Below are positions 17,830 through 27,115 of a stretch of 64,000 bases of DNA, piece by piece (position 1 is the stretch's first letter; the number at the start of each line of letters is the position of its first letter). The position numbers and the translations under genes were made by a program. The notes beneath the pieces are model-generated. The model saw only the letters and a list, made by a program, of their open reading frames with translations. It searched no databases and was not told the origin of the DNA. The stretch is from Nanobdellota archaeon (GTDB lineage Archaea; Nanobdellota; Nanobdellia; Parvarchaeales; Parvarchaeaceae), in NCBI GenBank assembly GCA_021817165.1, contig JAKAVT010000004.1:1757-65756 (forward strand). The letters run 5' to 3'.

Positions 17830-18708
17830 CTAAATGCTTTTGTTTGGAAGACTATTCTCATTTATGTTATAATTAAAATCGCTTATTTTTGATATAGATT
17901 CATTGTAACTGATAAAAGACGTTGAAACAAAGTTAGTACCGTTTATTTTCATTGAAATAGATATTGTTGCGGCCAGGCTGTTTAGAACGGTTATGTTGTA
18001 GTTTTTGTAAAGGCAGCTTGTCAATATCCCGTTCAATTTCTCATTCCCCGTGCTTCCAGCTATTAATTGACTGTTGCTGCTGTTTATTGACAGAGAGAAG
18101 GAGGAAACGGTGAAAAGGCATGGATATCCCTTGTATGTTGTGTTGTATGCTTCAAGCAGTGAAACTTTGTCCATCTTTAAAGAATTAAAAAGGGCATAGT
18201 TTAAAGTTTTCACGCTTTCATTTAAAGGCTCGCATGATACTTTTCCAGAGGTTGCCGACGATCCGGAACATAAGTAAGTGTTGTTTCCTATCGCAAAAAC
18301 ATACGAAAGAGAAGTTAAGTTGTAGCCTATTCCCTGATAGACTGGAACGAAAATGGTGAAGTTTGAAAACGCTTCTGAATTTCCGTTCAACCCATGAAAC
18401 AGTTGTATGTAGCCATTTGAGCTCTTTGTGCTGTTGGAATTACTGCCGTTTGACAATGAAGCATAGGTAGACAGGCTGTAATTTACGTTGTATGATACCA
18501 TTTTACCTTCAGGTATAACGTTCTGATAGGTCTGCAATCCCAAGATGTCGTTGTAAACTGAACTTTCCAGCGATGAATTTGCGATGCCATAAGCCTGCTG
18601 CGGCACGCTTGCAGCTGGATTGCCATTTTTTCCAACCCCGAAAAGCAGTAAGATAAAAGCGAACACCGCAACAGCGGCGATTATCCCAAAAATATAGTAC
18701 TTTTCCAT
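17830..18708 (-). CDS. Membrane-anchored secreted hypothetical protein
   Basis: N-terminal TM, S/N-rich with sequons and paired Cys; 10 nt downstream of the HerA-like gene. Confidence 0.75.
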   Translation of the reverse strand: MEKYYIFGIIAAVAVFAFILLLFGVGKNGNPAASVPQQAYGIANSSLESSVYNDILGLQTYQNVIPEGKMVSYNVNYSLSTYASLSNGSNSNSTKSSNGYIQLFHGLNGNSEAFSNFTIFVPVYQGIGYNLTSLSYVFAIGNNTYLCSGSSATSGKVSCEPLNESVKTLNYALFNSLKMDKVSLLEAYNTTYKGYPCLFTVSSFSLSINSSNSQLIAGSTGNEKLNGILTSCLYKNYNITVLNSLAATISISMKINGTNFVSTSFISYNESISKISDFNYNINENSLPNKSI

Positions 18709-18717
18709 TTATTCTTT

Positions 18718-20031
18718 CTACTTGTTCTGTGCTTTCTTACTGATTGATTTCGGAGTTTCTCCGCCGTGCCAAGTCAGTCTTGGCCTTATCTGCACAGGGT
18801 ATATCCTTTCGGAATTGTCATCCAGTATTATGCACGCTCCTGGCAATCTTGGCAGGTCTACCAAATACTTCCGTATGTCGGATGCCATATAAGTCTGCAT
18901 TACTGTGTTCAATGCGTCTATGTCTAGTTTTGCCGTCACATGCTGCGATATTATGATATCGGACTGCGTTATTATATCAGTATCCAATTTTCCAGGCTGC
19001 TGCGTAGCCATCACCAACCCTATGCCTGGCTGCCTTCCTTCTTTTATCACCCTGGAAAGGGAAGCAGTAGCGGCCGTTGTACCGTTTGCCGGCAGGAACT
19101 CGTGAACTTCGTCTATGAACAGCCAAACTATCGGTATAGTCTTTTTCTTTTCCTCTTCGGTTATTTCCGTTGAATTGATTTCATTTAACTCCTCTACTCT
19201 TCTCTGTCCAGTCCTTATCTCAAGTATCTTCTGAGATAACAAACCTATCACCAATGCTCTTAAGCTAAACTCACCCAAAGAATGTGCATAAAGGCTTATG
19301 TCCAGTATGTTTATGTGCCCAGGAACAAGCAAATCCTCTATTTTAGTGCCTTCCTTTTCAAACAAGCCCCATTTCAAAGCAGCCTCGAACCTTTCCTTTA
19401 CAGCTTCTTTTACGGTATCAGAGGTGGTTATCTGCGAATTTACGTTTTCTATCATGTCCTTTAAGTCATACGGCCGCTTGTCTTCTTCCAATGCCTCTAA
19501 TACCTGATTAACCAGTATCCCATAATCATCGTTTATTGAAAAGCCGAAGATATCACACCAGTCGCTTGTTGAAAGCTCGTTTGCAGAGATTGAAAACGCG
19601 TAATCGGCCATTTCCACGTTTTCCTCTTTTACCCTGTCAAACGCACCCTTTGGAACGAATACGTTTATGTTCTTGAAAGCCGTCGGCTGATACCCCCATT
19701 GTTTTAATAGATCCGCTTCCTTGTAATTCGGATTTTTCATTGTCCAGTAAATTCCCATCGTATCTATTATTAAAGAGGTAATGCTGTTTGCCGTGTCTTC
19801 TTCCAACGAAGCCAAACCTTCTGCTATAACTCCCATGGTGTAGCTTTTTCCAGAGCCCCTTTTCCCGGCTATCAAAACCACATGCGGCCTTAAGGCATCA
19901 AGCATTATATTGTTGCCAAGACTGGTGACGTTGCCCATCGTTATGTACTGCTTTCCTATAAGGGTAGTTGCTAAATCACCGTAATTTCTGTGATCTTCTT
20001 CGTTTCTCCCTATAACTACACTATATACCAT
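18718..20031 (-). CDS. HerA/FtsK-superfamily (DUF87) ATPase
   Basis: Walker A GKRGSGKS, IDTMGIY, Walker B LFIDEVH, EGRQPG arginine finger, ATQQP. Confidence 0.88.
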   Translation of the reverse strand: MVYSVVIGRNEEDHRNYGDLATTLIGKQYITMGNVTSLGNNIMLDALRPHVVLIAGKRGSGKSYTMGVIAEGLASLEEDTANSITSLIIDTMGIYWTMKNPNYKEADLLKQWGYQPTAFKNINVFVPKGAFDRVKEENVEMADYAFSISANELSTSDWCDIFGFSINDDYGILVNQVLEALEEDKRPYDLKDMIENVNSQITTSDTVKEAVKERFEAALKWGLFEKEGTKIEDLLVPGHINILDISLYAHSLGEFSLRALVIGLLSQKILEIRTGQRRVEELNEINSTEITEEEKKKTIPIVWLFIDEVHEFLPANGTTAATASLSRVIKEGRQPGIGLVMATQQPGKLDTDIITQSDIIISQHVTAKLDIDALNTVMQTYMASDIRKYLVDLPRLPGACIILDDNSERIYPVQIRPRLTWHGGETPKSISKKAQNK

Positions 20032-20408
20032 TGCATTCTGCTCCTAATGAATTAATTAACATCCTTCCATGAAAATTAAAGTTTTTTACAGTGCATATCC
20101 CTTGATTCCCAAAATTACAGCTGCTAAACCCTTCTTTGCTTTTCATACCGGTAAGTTCTGTTATTATAGAAGCATACAAGAGCTTAGATTTCCATGTTGT
20201 CAGCATATTGTTATTCTGCCTTTTCTGCTATTTATGTTTTCCATTCTTTCAGTTCACTTTTATCCCTGAATCGTGGTTTTCCCACTCACACTTTATAAAA
20301 TTTAAACAGCTGCACTATTAAAAGTATGCCGTTATATAGTGATACTTTTTAATAATGTATACCGTTTAATAATGATATATTTAAATCTTAAAACAGTGAT
20401 AAAATACT

Positions 20409-21698
20409 ATGAACGCGGCTGAATTTAAGAGAATAATACAAAATCAAGAAATTGAAAGAAATAAAATATTATCAGAACCTGGAATAATACCTAGGGAGAT
20501 TAATATAGACCACATCAAAAAACTTCTTCTTTATCCAAATGCACTGGTTATATTGGGAGTTAGAAGAAGCGGCAAATCTACCTTATCATGGCTGATAATG
20601 GATAAAAATAGATATGCTTATATAAATTTTGATGACGAAGCGTTATACGGAATAAAGTCGAGTGACTTGGACATGCTGCTCAAGGCATTTTATGACTTGT
20701 ACGGAAGCTCCGTCGAATATTTTGTTTTTGATGAAATACAGAATGTAGAAGGCTGGGAATTATTCGTCAACCGCCTCATTAGAACCAAGAAAGTAATCAT
20801 TACCGGATCAAACTCAAATTTGTTAAGCCGAGACTTAGCTACACATCTTACAGGAAGACACAGCGACATAACTGTGTTTCCGTTTAGTTTTAGGGAATTC
20901 TTGAGGTACAAAGGCATTGACTACAAGGATATTATAATCAGAGGCTACTCTACCGAAGTTTCTGCACAAATTCTAAAGCTTTTAGCCGAATTTATGAAAT
21001 TTGGGGGTTTCCCAGAGAGCTATAAATTTGGATTAGAAAGAGCCAAATCCATTTTTGGAGACATAGTCTCCAAAGACGTAATAAGACGTTATAGCATAAA
21101 AAATATAAAATCCATAGAAGAATTGGCTAAGTACCTGATATACAACTTTTCTGCAGAGATGACTTTTAGCAAATTAAGGAATATAAGCGGAATTAAAAAA
21201 ATAGAGACAGTTAAAAACTATGTAAATTATCTGACTAATTCGTATCTAATCTTTTATTTAGAACGCTTTTCTTTTAAGTTAAAACAACGGATTATATCTC
21301 CGAAAAAGACATACTGCATAGACACCGGAATAATAAATTCTATAATCTCAGTAAGTTCCGATAACTTAGGGAAGATAATGGAAAATGTAGTTGCAGTAGA
21401 GCTACTTAGGAGAAAAGCTTATTCTGACAATTATGATATATTTTACTGGAAAGATGCATCACAAAGAGAAATAGATTTTTTAATAAAACGTGAGAAGAGT
21501 GTAGAACAGCTTATACAAGTGACATACTCATCCTCAAGAGAAGAAACGAACAATAGAGAAATAAATAATCTTATCACTGCATCTAAGGAACTTAGGTGCA
21601 ATAATCTTTTAATTATAACGTGGGACTATGAAGCGGAGGAAAAAATAGAGGGGAAGAAGATAAGGTTTATACCACTGTGGAGGTGGCTTCTTACATAG
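20409..21698 (+). CDS. AAA_14 ATPase with DUF4143 and C-terminal PD-(D/E)xK-like domain
   Basis: GVRRSGKST, FDEIQ, ITGSNS, LTGR, GGFPE, PKKTYCIDTG, EN.V..EL, EIDF, IQV. Confidence 0.92.
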   Translation: MNAAEFKRIIQNQEIERNKILSEPGIIPREINIDHIKKLLLYPNALVILGVRRSGKSTLSWLIMDKNRYAYINFDDEALYGIKSSDLDMLLKAFYDLYGSSVEYFVFDEIQNVEGWELFVNRLIRTKKVIITGSNSNLLSRDLATHLTGRHSDITVFPFSFREFLRYKGIDYKDIIIRGYSTEVSAQILKLLAEFMKFGGFPESYKFGLERAKSIFGDIVSKDVIRRYSIKNIKSIEELAKYLIYNFSAEMTFSKLRNISGIKKIETVKNYVNYLTNSYLIFYLERFSFKLKQRIISPKKTYCIDTGIINSIISVSSDNLGKIMENVVAVELLRRKAYSDNYDIFYWKDASQREIDFLIKREKSVEQLIQVTYSSSREETNNREINNLITASKELRCNNLLIITWDYEAEEKIEGKKIRFIPLWRWLLT

Positions 21699-21706
21699 TA
21701 TACCTA

Positions 21707-22108
21707 TTATTCATGCTCATAACTATTGTCCTTGTTTTTCCTTAACCACTCCTCTTCATCAATCTTTATAGATTTTCCCTTGACTTCCTGAACGTTGTAC
21801 CTCTTTTCAAGCTGCTTCATCTTTGAAAGGAAGGCTTCATCCAGATCAAAATTCAAATGATCGGAGATGGCTAAACAGCCGAAGAAAACGTCTGCCGTTT
21901 CGTTCTTTATCTTCTGCATGAATTCCTTGTCCTCCCTTGCCTTTTTGTCAATCTCTTTTCCATCTTTCCACAGGAAAAGCTCCAATAATTCATTTGCCTC
22001 TACTGATATGTCTTCTGCTAAATCCTTTGATGTCTGAAACTGCCTCCAGTCCCTCTCGTCTATGAAATTTTTCGCTATTTCAGCCAGTTCTTTTATGCTT
22101 TTTTCCAT
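21707..22108 (-). CDS. MazG-like nucleotide pyrophosphohydrolase
   Basis: ERDWRQFQT.KDLA..ISVEANELLELFLW, ETADV, KM....RY. Confidence 0.9.
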   Translation of the reverse strand: MEKSIKELAEIAKNFIDERDWRQFQTSKDLAEDISVEANELLELFLWKDGKEIDKKAREDKEFMQKIKNETADVFFGCLAISDHLNFDLDEAFLSKMKQLEKRYNVQEVKGKSIKIDEEEWLRKNKDNSYEHE

Positions 22109-22167
22109 ATCTTAGCTTAAAAAGTGCAAGAATTAATCTTTTTGTTCTGGTTAAAGGTTAACTAAAC

Positions 22168-22971
22168 CTAAGAAAAAAGATATGTGGTTATATTTTTTGC
22201 CTGCCGGTAATCCATGTTGTCATTTGAAAGAGTTGCGACTACTACCGACTTGCCGTTCACCAAATAAAGCTCCGTTGCGTTTTCCGTCGATGAATTTGAA
22301 GAGTTCAGCCTTCCGTTTATATAAATCATGCTTGCATTTCCAATGCTGCTTAAATTATAGGCTACTTTTGAATGATTTGCGTACTGTGAACCTATAACTC
22401 CGCTTATTTCTCCGAAAAGAGAACTGGCGGTGAAAGATGAATTTAAGTAGTAAACGGTAGCTGTGAAATAAGATATGTTCTTTGCCGAGCTATTTGATGC
22501 TATCTTTGAAACCTCAGAATACGGAACGAATTCCTGTATCGCTGCGGCTACTGTCCCGGACGGGAAACTGCCCGTTCCCGCGTATTTATTTATCACCGTT
22601 GAATTTGCCGTCGCATTGTATATCAAAGACCAGTTTCCGCCGATTATCGAAGTTAGACCTGAATTTGAGAGGTAATTTACAGGCGTATAGCTTACTGTAT
22701 TTACTGTCGTTTTTCCAGCTGGATGAATAATAAAGATTGCGATTGCAATTACGGCTATGATAACTATAACCGCAGGCACGATGATTTTTACAGGTATCTT
22801 GAAAGGTTTACCGTTCCGAGGCTTTTGTTCTGTAGCATTGTCTTCTGTCTTTGAGCCAGTAACGCTTTTCGATTCACTTTCTCCGGCTTTTTTGCTTTGC
22901 TTTGGATCTTGATTTATTTTGTTTTCTTCGTTTTTTAAATCAAGATTCTGCTTGTTTTCATCAGAATCCAT
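22168..22971 (-). CDS. Single-TM protein with charged cytoplasmic tail and glycosylated ectodomain
   Basis: Charged N-terminal ~55 aa, long hydrophobic segment, S/N-rich remainder. Confidence 0.75.
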   Translation of the reverse strand: MDSDENKQNLDLKNEENKINQDPKQSKKAGESESKSVTGSKTEDNATEQKPRNGKPFKIPVKIIVPAVIVIIAVIAIAIFIIHPAGKTTVNTVSYTPVNYLSNSGLTSIIGGNWSLIYNATANSTVINKYAGTGSFPSGTVAAAIQEFVPYSEVSKIASNSSAKNISYFTATVYYLNSSFTASSLFGEISGVIGSQYANHSKVAYNLSSIGNASMIYINGRLNSSNSSTENATELYLVNGKSVVVATLSNDNMDYRQAKNITTYLFS

Positions 22972-23014
22972 CCCTGTATTTACACCATATAATATTTAAA
23001 AGTTTCCTAAGACG

Positions 23015-23386
23015 CTACTTCAGAATTTCTTCCATTTTGCTTTCCAGTTTTTGCGAAAGCTGCTTTACTTTCTTCAAAGACGCCAATGGCTCGTCCATAA
23101 CTGCTAGCGAATTATAATTGGCGTGTTTATTTATGTAAACTGAAAACTCACCAATGTACAAATGCAGCAGTTTCGACAAAGGACTGAAAAACGAGATTTT
23201 TATGCAATCCCCGTTATTGAGACCTGGATTACCGCACATCATTCCCGTCACATTCTCCCTCTCGATATAGAAATCAAGTTCGTTTGCTGCTTTTTCCAGA
23301 TAAGTTACTAACTGCGAACCTTTTTCCTCTTTTCTCAGATTTATTCTAATTTCCTTATATCCTTCGGTATTGTCTCTGTATAACAT
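23015..23386 (-). CDS. Hypothetical protein
   Basis: 123-aa ORF with TTTAAATA about 25 nt upstream. Confidence 0.65.
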   Translation of the reverse strand: MLYRDNTEGYKEIRINLRKEEKGSQLVTYLEKAANELDFYIERENVTGMMCGNPGLNNGDCIKISFFSPLSKLLHLYIGEFSVYINKHANYNSLAVMDEPLASLKKVKQLSQKLESKMEEILK

Positions 23387-23524
23387 TTAATTACTATGAA
23401 GTGATTCGGTATTTAAAGATTATTATCTACATCGAGGAAATTCGCTTCCTCACCGTTTTATGTGAAGCAAAATTTTTACCCTTGTAACTTATCATTAAAA
23501 GACTGAAGTCCAATACAGCAAAAA

Positions 23525-23607
23525 CGCTGGGTGCAGGATTCGAACCTACGCATCCTTTCGGAAACCGGTTCTCGAGACCGGCGCTTTAACCGCTCAGCCA
23601 ACCCAGC
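23525..23607 (-). tRNA. tRNA-Ser(CGA)
   Basis: GCTGGGT/ACCCAGC acceptor, CCGGT-CTCGAGA-ACCGG anticodon arm, long variable arm TCC-GAAA-GGA, TTCGAAT T loop, G73. Confidence 0.95.
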
Positions 23608-23675
23608 TTTTCACTTTTTTATATGAATTTTCTAGTTATTATTGCTTTAAATTTTACTTTTGCTATTAAAATATT

Positions 23676-24689
23676 ATGGAAGTAACGCTTATAGCAGAGA
23701 CTTTGGATCCTAGTAAGGGTGGTATTCCCAGATATAACTATGAGATAAGCAAGATAAAAGATATAAAAAATGTGGTTGACTTTTCAAAAAGCCTTAGCAA
23801 TGATAGGCTTTCAAACAAACTGCTAAACAAGCTTTACAGGCGTAAAAACGTACTTGAAAGGAATGCAGACAAGCTTGGAAAAGTACTGCATTTCACGCAG
23901 CCTGAAGTAATGGTTAAAACCGACGAACTAAGAAAAAGGAAAGTAATTCTTACAGTACATGATTTAGCGGTTTTCGGTACTATGAAGGTTAAAGGAGTTT
24001 ATGGTAGTTTGCGCGGAATGTCATTCAGAAAGCAGTTTAAGTTTGCTGTTGAACGCGCTGATACTATAATGGTGAACAGCACTCAAACCAGAGATGAGCT
24101 AATAAACATACTCAAAGCTGATGCTGGAAAGATAGTAGTTGATAACCTTGGCATAGAAGAGAAATTCAAGCCCTTGGAAGCCAAAAAAGAGGGCATAATA
24201 GGCTACTTTGGTGGTTTCAACAGAAGAAAAAGAGTGGATAAACTTATCGATGACTTTATAGCTTCGTCATTGAATGCAAAGCTAAAGCTAGTCATATTCG
24301 GAAACAATGAGGATTACCCTATGCTAAAGAAAAAATATGAGAAGTTCGGCAGCGTAATCTTCAAGGATAAGATACCTGAAGAGGATATAGTAAAGGTAAT
24401 AAACGGCTTCGATTACTTTGTTTATCCTACTTCGTATGAAGGTTTTGGCTTGCCATTACTGGAATGCGTAGCCTGCGGTATACCTTCTTTCATATACAAA
24501 GATGCCGTTATACCAGAAGAAGTTAAAAAGTATGCCATTGAAATTGACAAACTGGATGACATAATCACAAAGGATTACAAGGAATTGGAAAAGGAATTTA
24601 CTGAAAAGGCAAAGAAAGTAAAGGAAGAATTCTCCTGGGACAAATGCCGTGAAACGCTTATAGCAGAGTACAAAAAACTATTAAGCTAA
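23676..24689 (+). CDS. Glycosyltransferase family 4 (GT-B)
   Basis: GGIPRY, TVHDL, RRKRVD, YPTSYEGFGLPLLE, FSW. Confidence 0.93.
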   Translation: MEVTLIAETLDPSKGGIPRYNYEISKIKDIKNVVDFSKSLSNDRLSNKLLNKLYRRKNVLERNADKLGKVLHFTQPEVMVKTDELRKRKVILTVHDLAVFGTMKVKGVYGSLRGMSFRKQFKFAVERADTIMVNSTQTRDELINILKADAGKIVVDNLGIEEKFKPLEAKKEGIIGYFGGFNRRKRVDKLIDDFIASSLNAKLKLVIFGNNEDYPMLKKKYEKFGSVIFKDKIPEEDIVKVINGFDYFVYPTSYEGFGLPLLECVACGIPSFIYKDAVIPEEVKKYAIEIDKLDDIITKDYKELEKEFTEKAKKVKEEFSWDKCRETLIAEYKKLLS

Positions 24690-24720
24690 AGCATTAATTT
24701 ACATTTACTCTAAGTTAATA

Positions 24721-26049
24721 ATGGAACCAGATGTTTTACTGATAGTTTGTGATAGCCTGCGCAAGGATATAATGCAGATTTACGGCGGAGAAGCAAAAAC
24801 TCCCAATTTACTGAAGCTTAAAGAGGATGCAGTTGTCTATGAAAACGCTATAGCTCCTTCCCCATGGACTTTCCCTTCCCATGTTTCATTGTTTACAGGC
24901 TTGTACTTAAATGAGCACAAAGTTCATGAAACTGAGAAAGACAAGCTTTTGGATTTGACAAAATTCAATCTGGATTTAAAAGCTGAAAGACTAGCGGAAT
25001 ATTTTTCAAACAGAGGCTACAACACCCTGGGAATTTCCAACAACCCAATGGTTTCCGTTCAAACGGCTTTTGACATTGGCTTTCATAATTTCTTCATGAT
25101 TGACCCTTTTCCTGTAAGCAAAGAAGATCCAATATTTCAAGAAGCCAGAAGACTTGGAGCAAGCCCTAAAGAGATTGCATTTAAGCTAATAAAACGGGGC
25201 AAATTTGGAAAGATACTTGAATTCGCTAAACTAAGAAAGAGAGAGAAATTAATCAGCGAAGTAATAAACTTTCCACTGGACAAAGGAGCTGAACTTACTA
25301 ATAAGATGCTTCTAAACGGAAACTGGGAAAGCAAATTCTTCAGATTTATTAACTTTTTAGAGGTTCACGAGCCTTACAGAAACTACAATTCTAAAGAAGT
25401 GTGGGATAACGTTACAGGAATAAAGCCCATGAGCCAGAATTCAATAAAAAACATAAGAAAGGAGTACATTACAGAGATGGAATACTTAGATGAGCAGATA
25501 GGTAAACTTATTTCAACGTTGAAAAAAGCGGGAAAATATGACAATACTATGATAATAATAACCTCTGACCATGGACAAGCGATAAACGAGCATGGGTATA
25601 TGTTGCACAGCACTTATCTTTATGATGAACTTGTCAGAATACCTTTGATAATAAAATATCCAAATAGCAAAAAATTCGAGGCTAAAAAAGGCTACCAGAA
25701 TTTAGTTTATTTGCCAAAATTAATAAAAGAGGTTTTAGATGGCGGAGATGATTCTTCGGTTTACTCTGAAACTACTTTCAGCGAAGCCTACGGTGCAGTT
25801 ATTGTTTTACCTGGCGGGTATAAAGATAGGGAGGAATACGTGAAGAAAACCTATGAAAAACTGAGAAAAGCGGTCTACAAAGACGGATTTAAGTTAACTG
25901 TAAACGGCACTGATGGTACAATAGAAGAATTCTTGGAAGGAAGCAAGGAAATAAAAATTGAAGATAATAAAGAAAAGGCAAATGAATTGCTGGAAGAACT
26001 GGACATATTCAAAGGCAAAGAAGACTTTAAAATACCAAACATTAATTAA
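24721..26049 (+). CDS. Sulfatase-fold (alkaline phosphatase superfamily) protein
   Basis: DSLRKD, APSPWTFPSH.SLFTG, EVHEPY, TSDHG, H...LYDEL..IPLII; no signal peptide. Confidence 0.85.
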   Translation: MEPDVLLIVCDSLRKDIMQIYGGEAKTPNLLKLKEDAVVYENAIAPSPWTFPSHVSLFTGLYLNEHKVHETEKDKLLDLTKFNLDLKAERLAEYFSNRGYNTLGISNNPMVSVQTAFDIGFHNFFMIDPFPVSKEDPIFQEARRLGASPKEIAFKLIKRGKFGKILEFAKLRKREKLISEVINFPLDKGAELTNKMLLNGNWESKFFRFINFLEVHEPYRNYNSKEVWDNVTGIKPMSQNSIKNIRKEYITEMEYLDEQIGKLISTLKKAGKYDNTMIIITSDHGQAINEHGYMLHSTYLYDELVRIPLIIKYPNSKKFEAKKGYQNLVYLPKLIKEVLDGGDDSSVYSETTFSEAYGAVIVLPGGYKDREEYVKKTYEKLRKAVYKDGFKLTVNGTDGTIEEFLEGSKEIKIEDNKEKANELLEELDIFKGKEDFKIPNIN

Positions 26050-26122
26050 GAGAATATTTTATTAATAAATTTAAGATGTTGCTACGCATAAATTTAATAA
26101 GTACCGCTTTAGATTATAATTA

Positions 26123-27094
26123 ATGGAATTAAGTATATACGGTACTTGTTATAATAACGCAAATCTGATAAAACAGTGTATAGAGTCGATAGCTTCACAA
26201 TTCGATCTTAATAATGACACAGAATTAGTTATAACTGACAATTTCTCAACCGATGGAACTTTCGGGATAATTGATGAATATACTAAAAAATATAAAAATA
26301 TTAAAATTCTAAGAGAACATTGCAGTAGGGGCATGGGTAGGAAAATTGCCTATAATAATACAACAAGTAAATATAGTTTTTATATTGATTTTGACACGGT
26401 TTATTCGCCATTACTATCAAAATTAATAAAACAGATAAAAGCAGAATATACTGGAAATCAAATAATGCCCTTCGGATTTATGGATAGAGACACGATGACA
26501 AAGATAGGTGGATGGGATGACTTAAATAACGCAGAAGACGGAGAACTAGAAGCGAGAGCTATAAGCAAGGGGATAACATTAAACACTTTACCTATAAGGG
26601 CTTATAAGAACGAAATACCCTCGGTTAAAAGGAACCTTAGATTTAGAAAAAGAAAATTTTCTATAAAGTTCTTATTAAGACAATACAGAATCACAAAGGA
26701 TGGGTTGATAGGAAGAGGTATTAAAAATCTAAAAGCAATTAAAACATATTATACTGGCAAGAAAAGGCTATTTGTTTATTTCGTTTATATAATGCTAAAA
26801 CTAGGAAGAAAGAGAACGAGATCATATTCAGATTTTGATTCAAACTCTGAATTAATACAGCAAAATAGAAACCTACTTGATCCAAGAAAATACGGAATAG
26901 AAAAAGACTACTGGATTTATGCATTCTCTACAAGGTTTATCTCAAAAAGTGCAACAACAAGGATAGTTAATACTCTTTTTGATTATGGGTTTGATAAGTT
27001 AGAGATGCTATCAGATAATTCAATAATGGTTTACTCGGAAAAAACATCAAAGGAATTTATAAATGAAACAATTAATTTCATAAAAACACTATAG
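26123..27094 (+). CDS. Glycosyltransferase family 2
   Basis: SIYGTCYNN, DNFSTDGT, RGMGR, IDFD, GGW.DLN.AED. Confidence 0.88.
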   Translation: MELSIYGTCYNNANLIKQCIESIASQFDLNNDTELVITDNFSTDGTFGIIDEYTKKYKNIKILREHCSRGMGRKIAYNNTTSKYSFYIDFDTVYSPLLSKLIKQIKAEYTGNQIMPFGFMDRDTMTKIGGWDDLNNAEDGELEARAISKGITLNTLPIRAYKNEIPSVKRNLRFRKRKFSIKFLLRQYRITKDGLIGRGIKNLKAIKTYYTGKKRLFVYFVYIMLKLGRKRTRSYSDFDSNSELIQQNRNLLDPRKYGIEKDYWIYAFSTRFISKSATTRIVNTLFDYGFDKLEMLSDNSIMVYSEKTSKEFINETINFIKTL

Positions 27095-27115
27095 CTAATT
27101 AAAAATAAATAATTC

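Noticed and set aside
20032..20321. Short ORFs upstream of the HerA-like gene (20021..20206, 20069..20269, 20136..20321)
   Set aside because: No coherent frame or motif. It may be a decayed gene, but I cannot support an identity.
18718..22108. HerA + AAA ATPase + MazG as one anti-phage system
   Set aside because: The genes are divergent or convergent rather than operonic, and there is no SIR2 or DUF4297-type partner for HerA.
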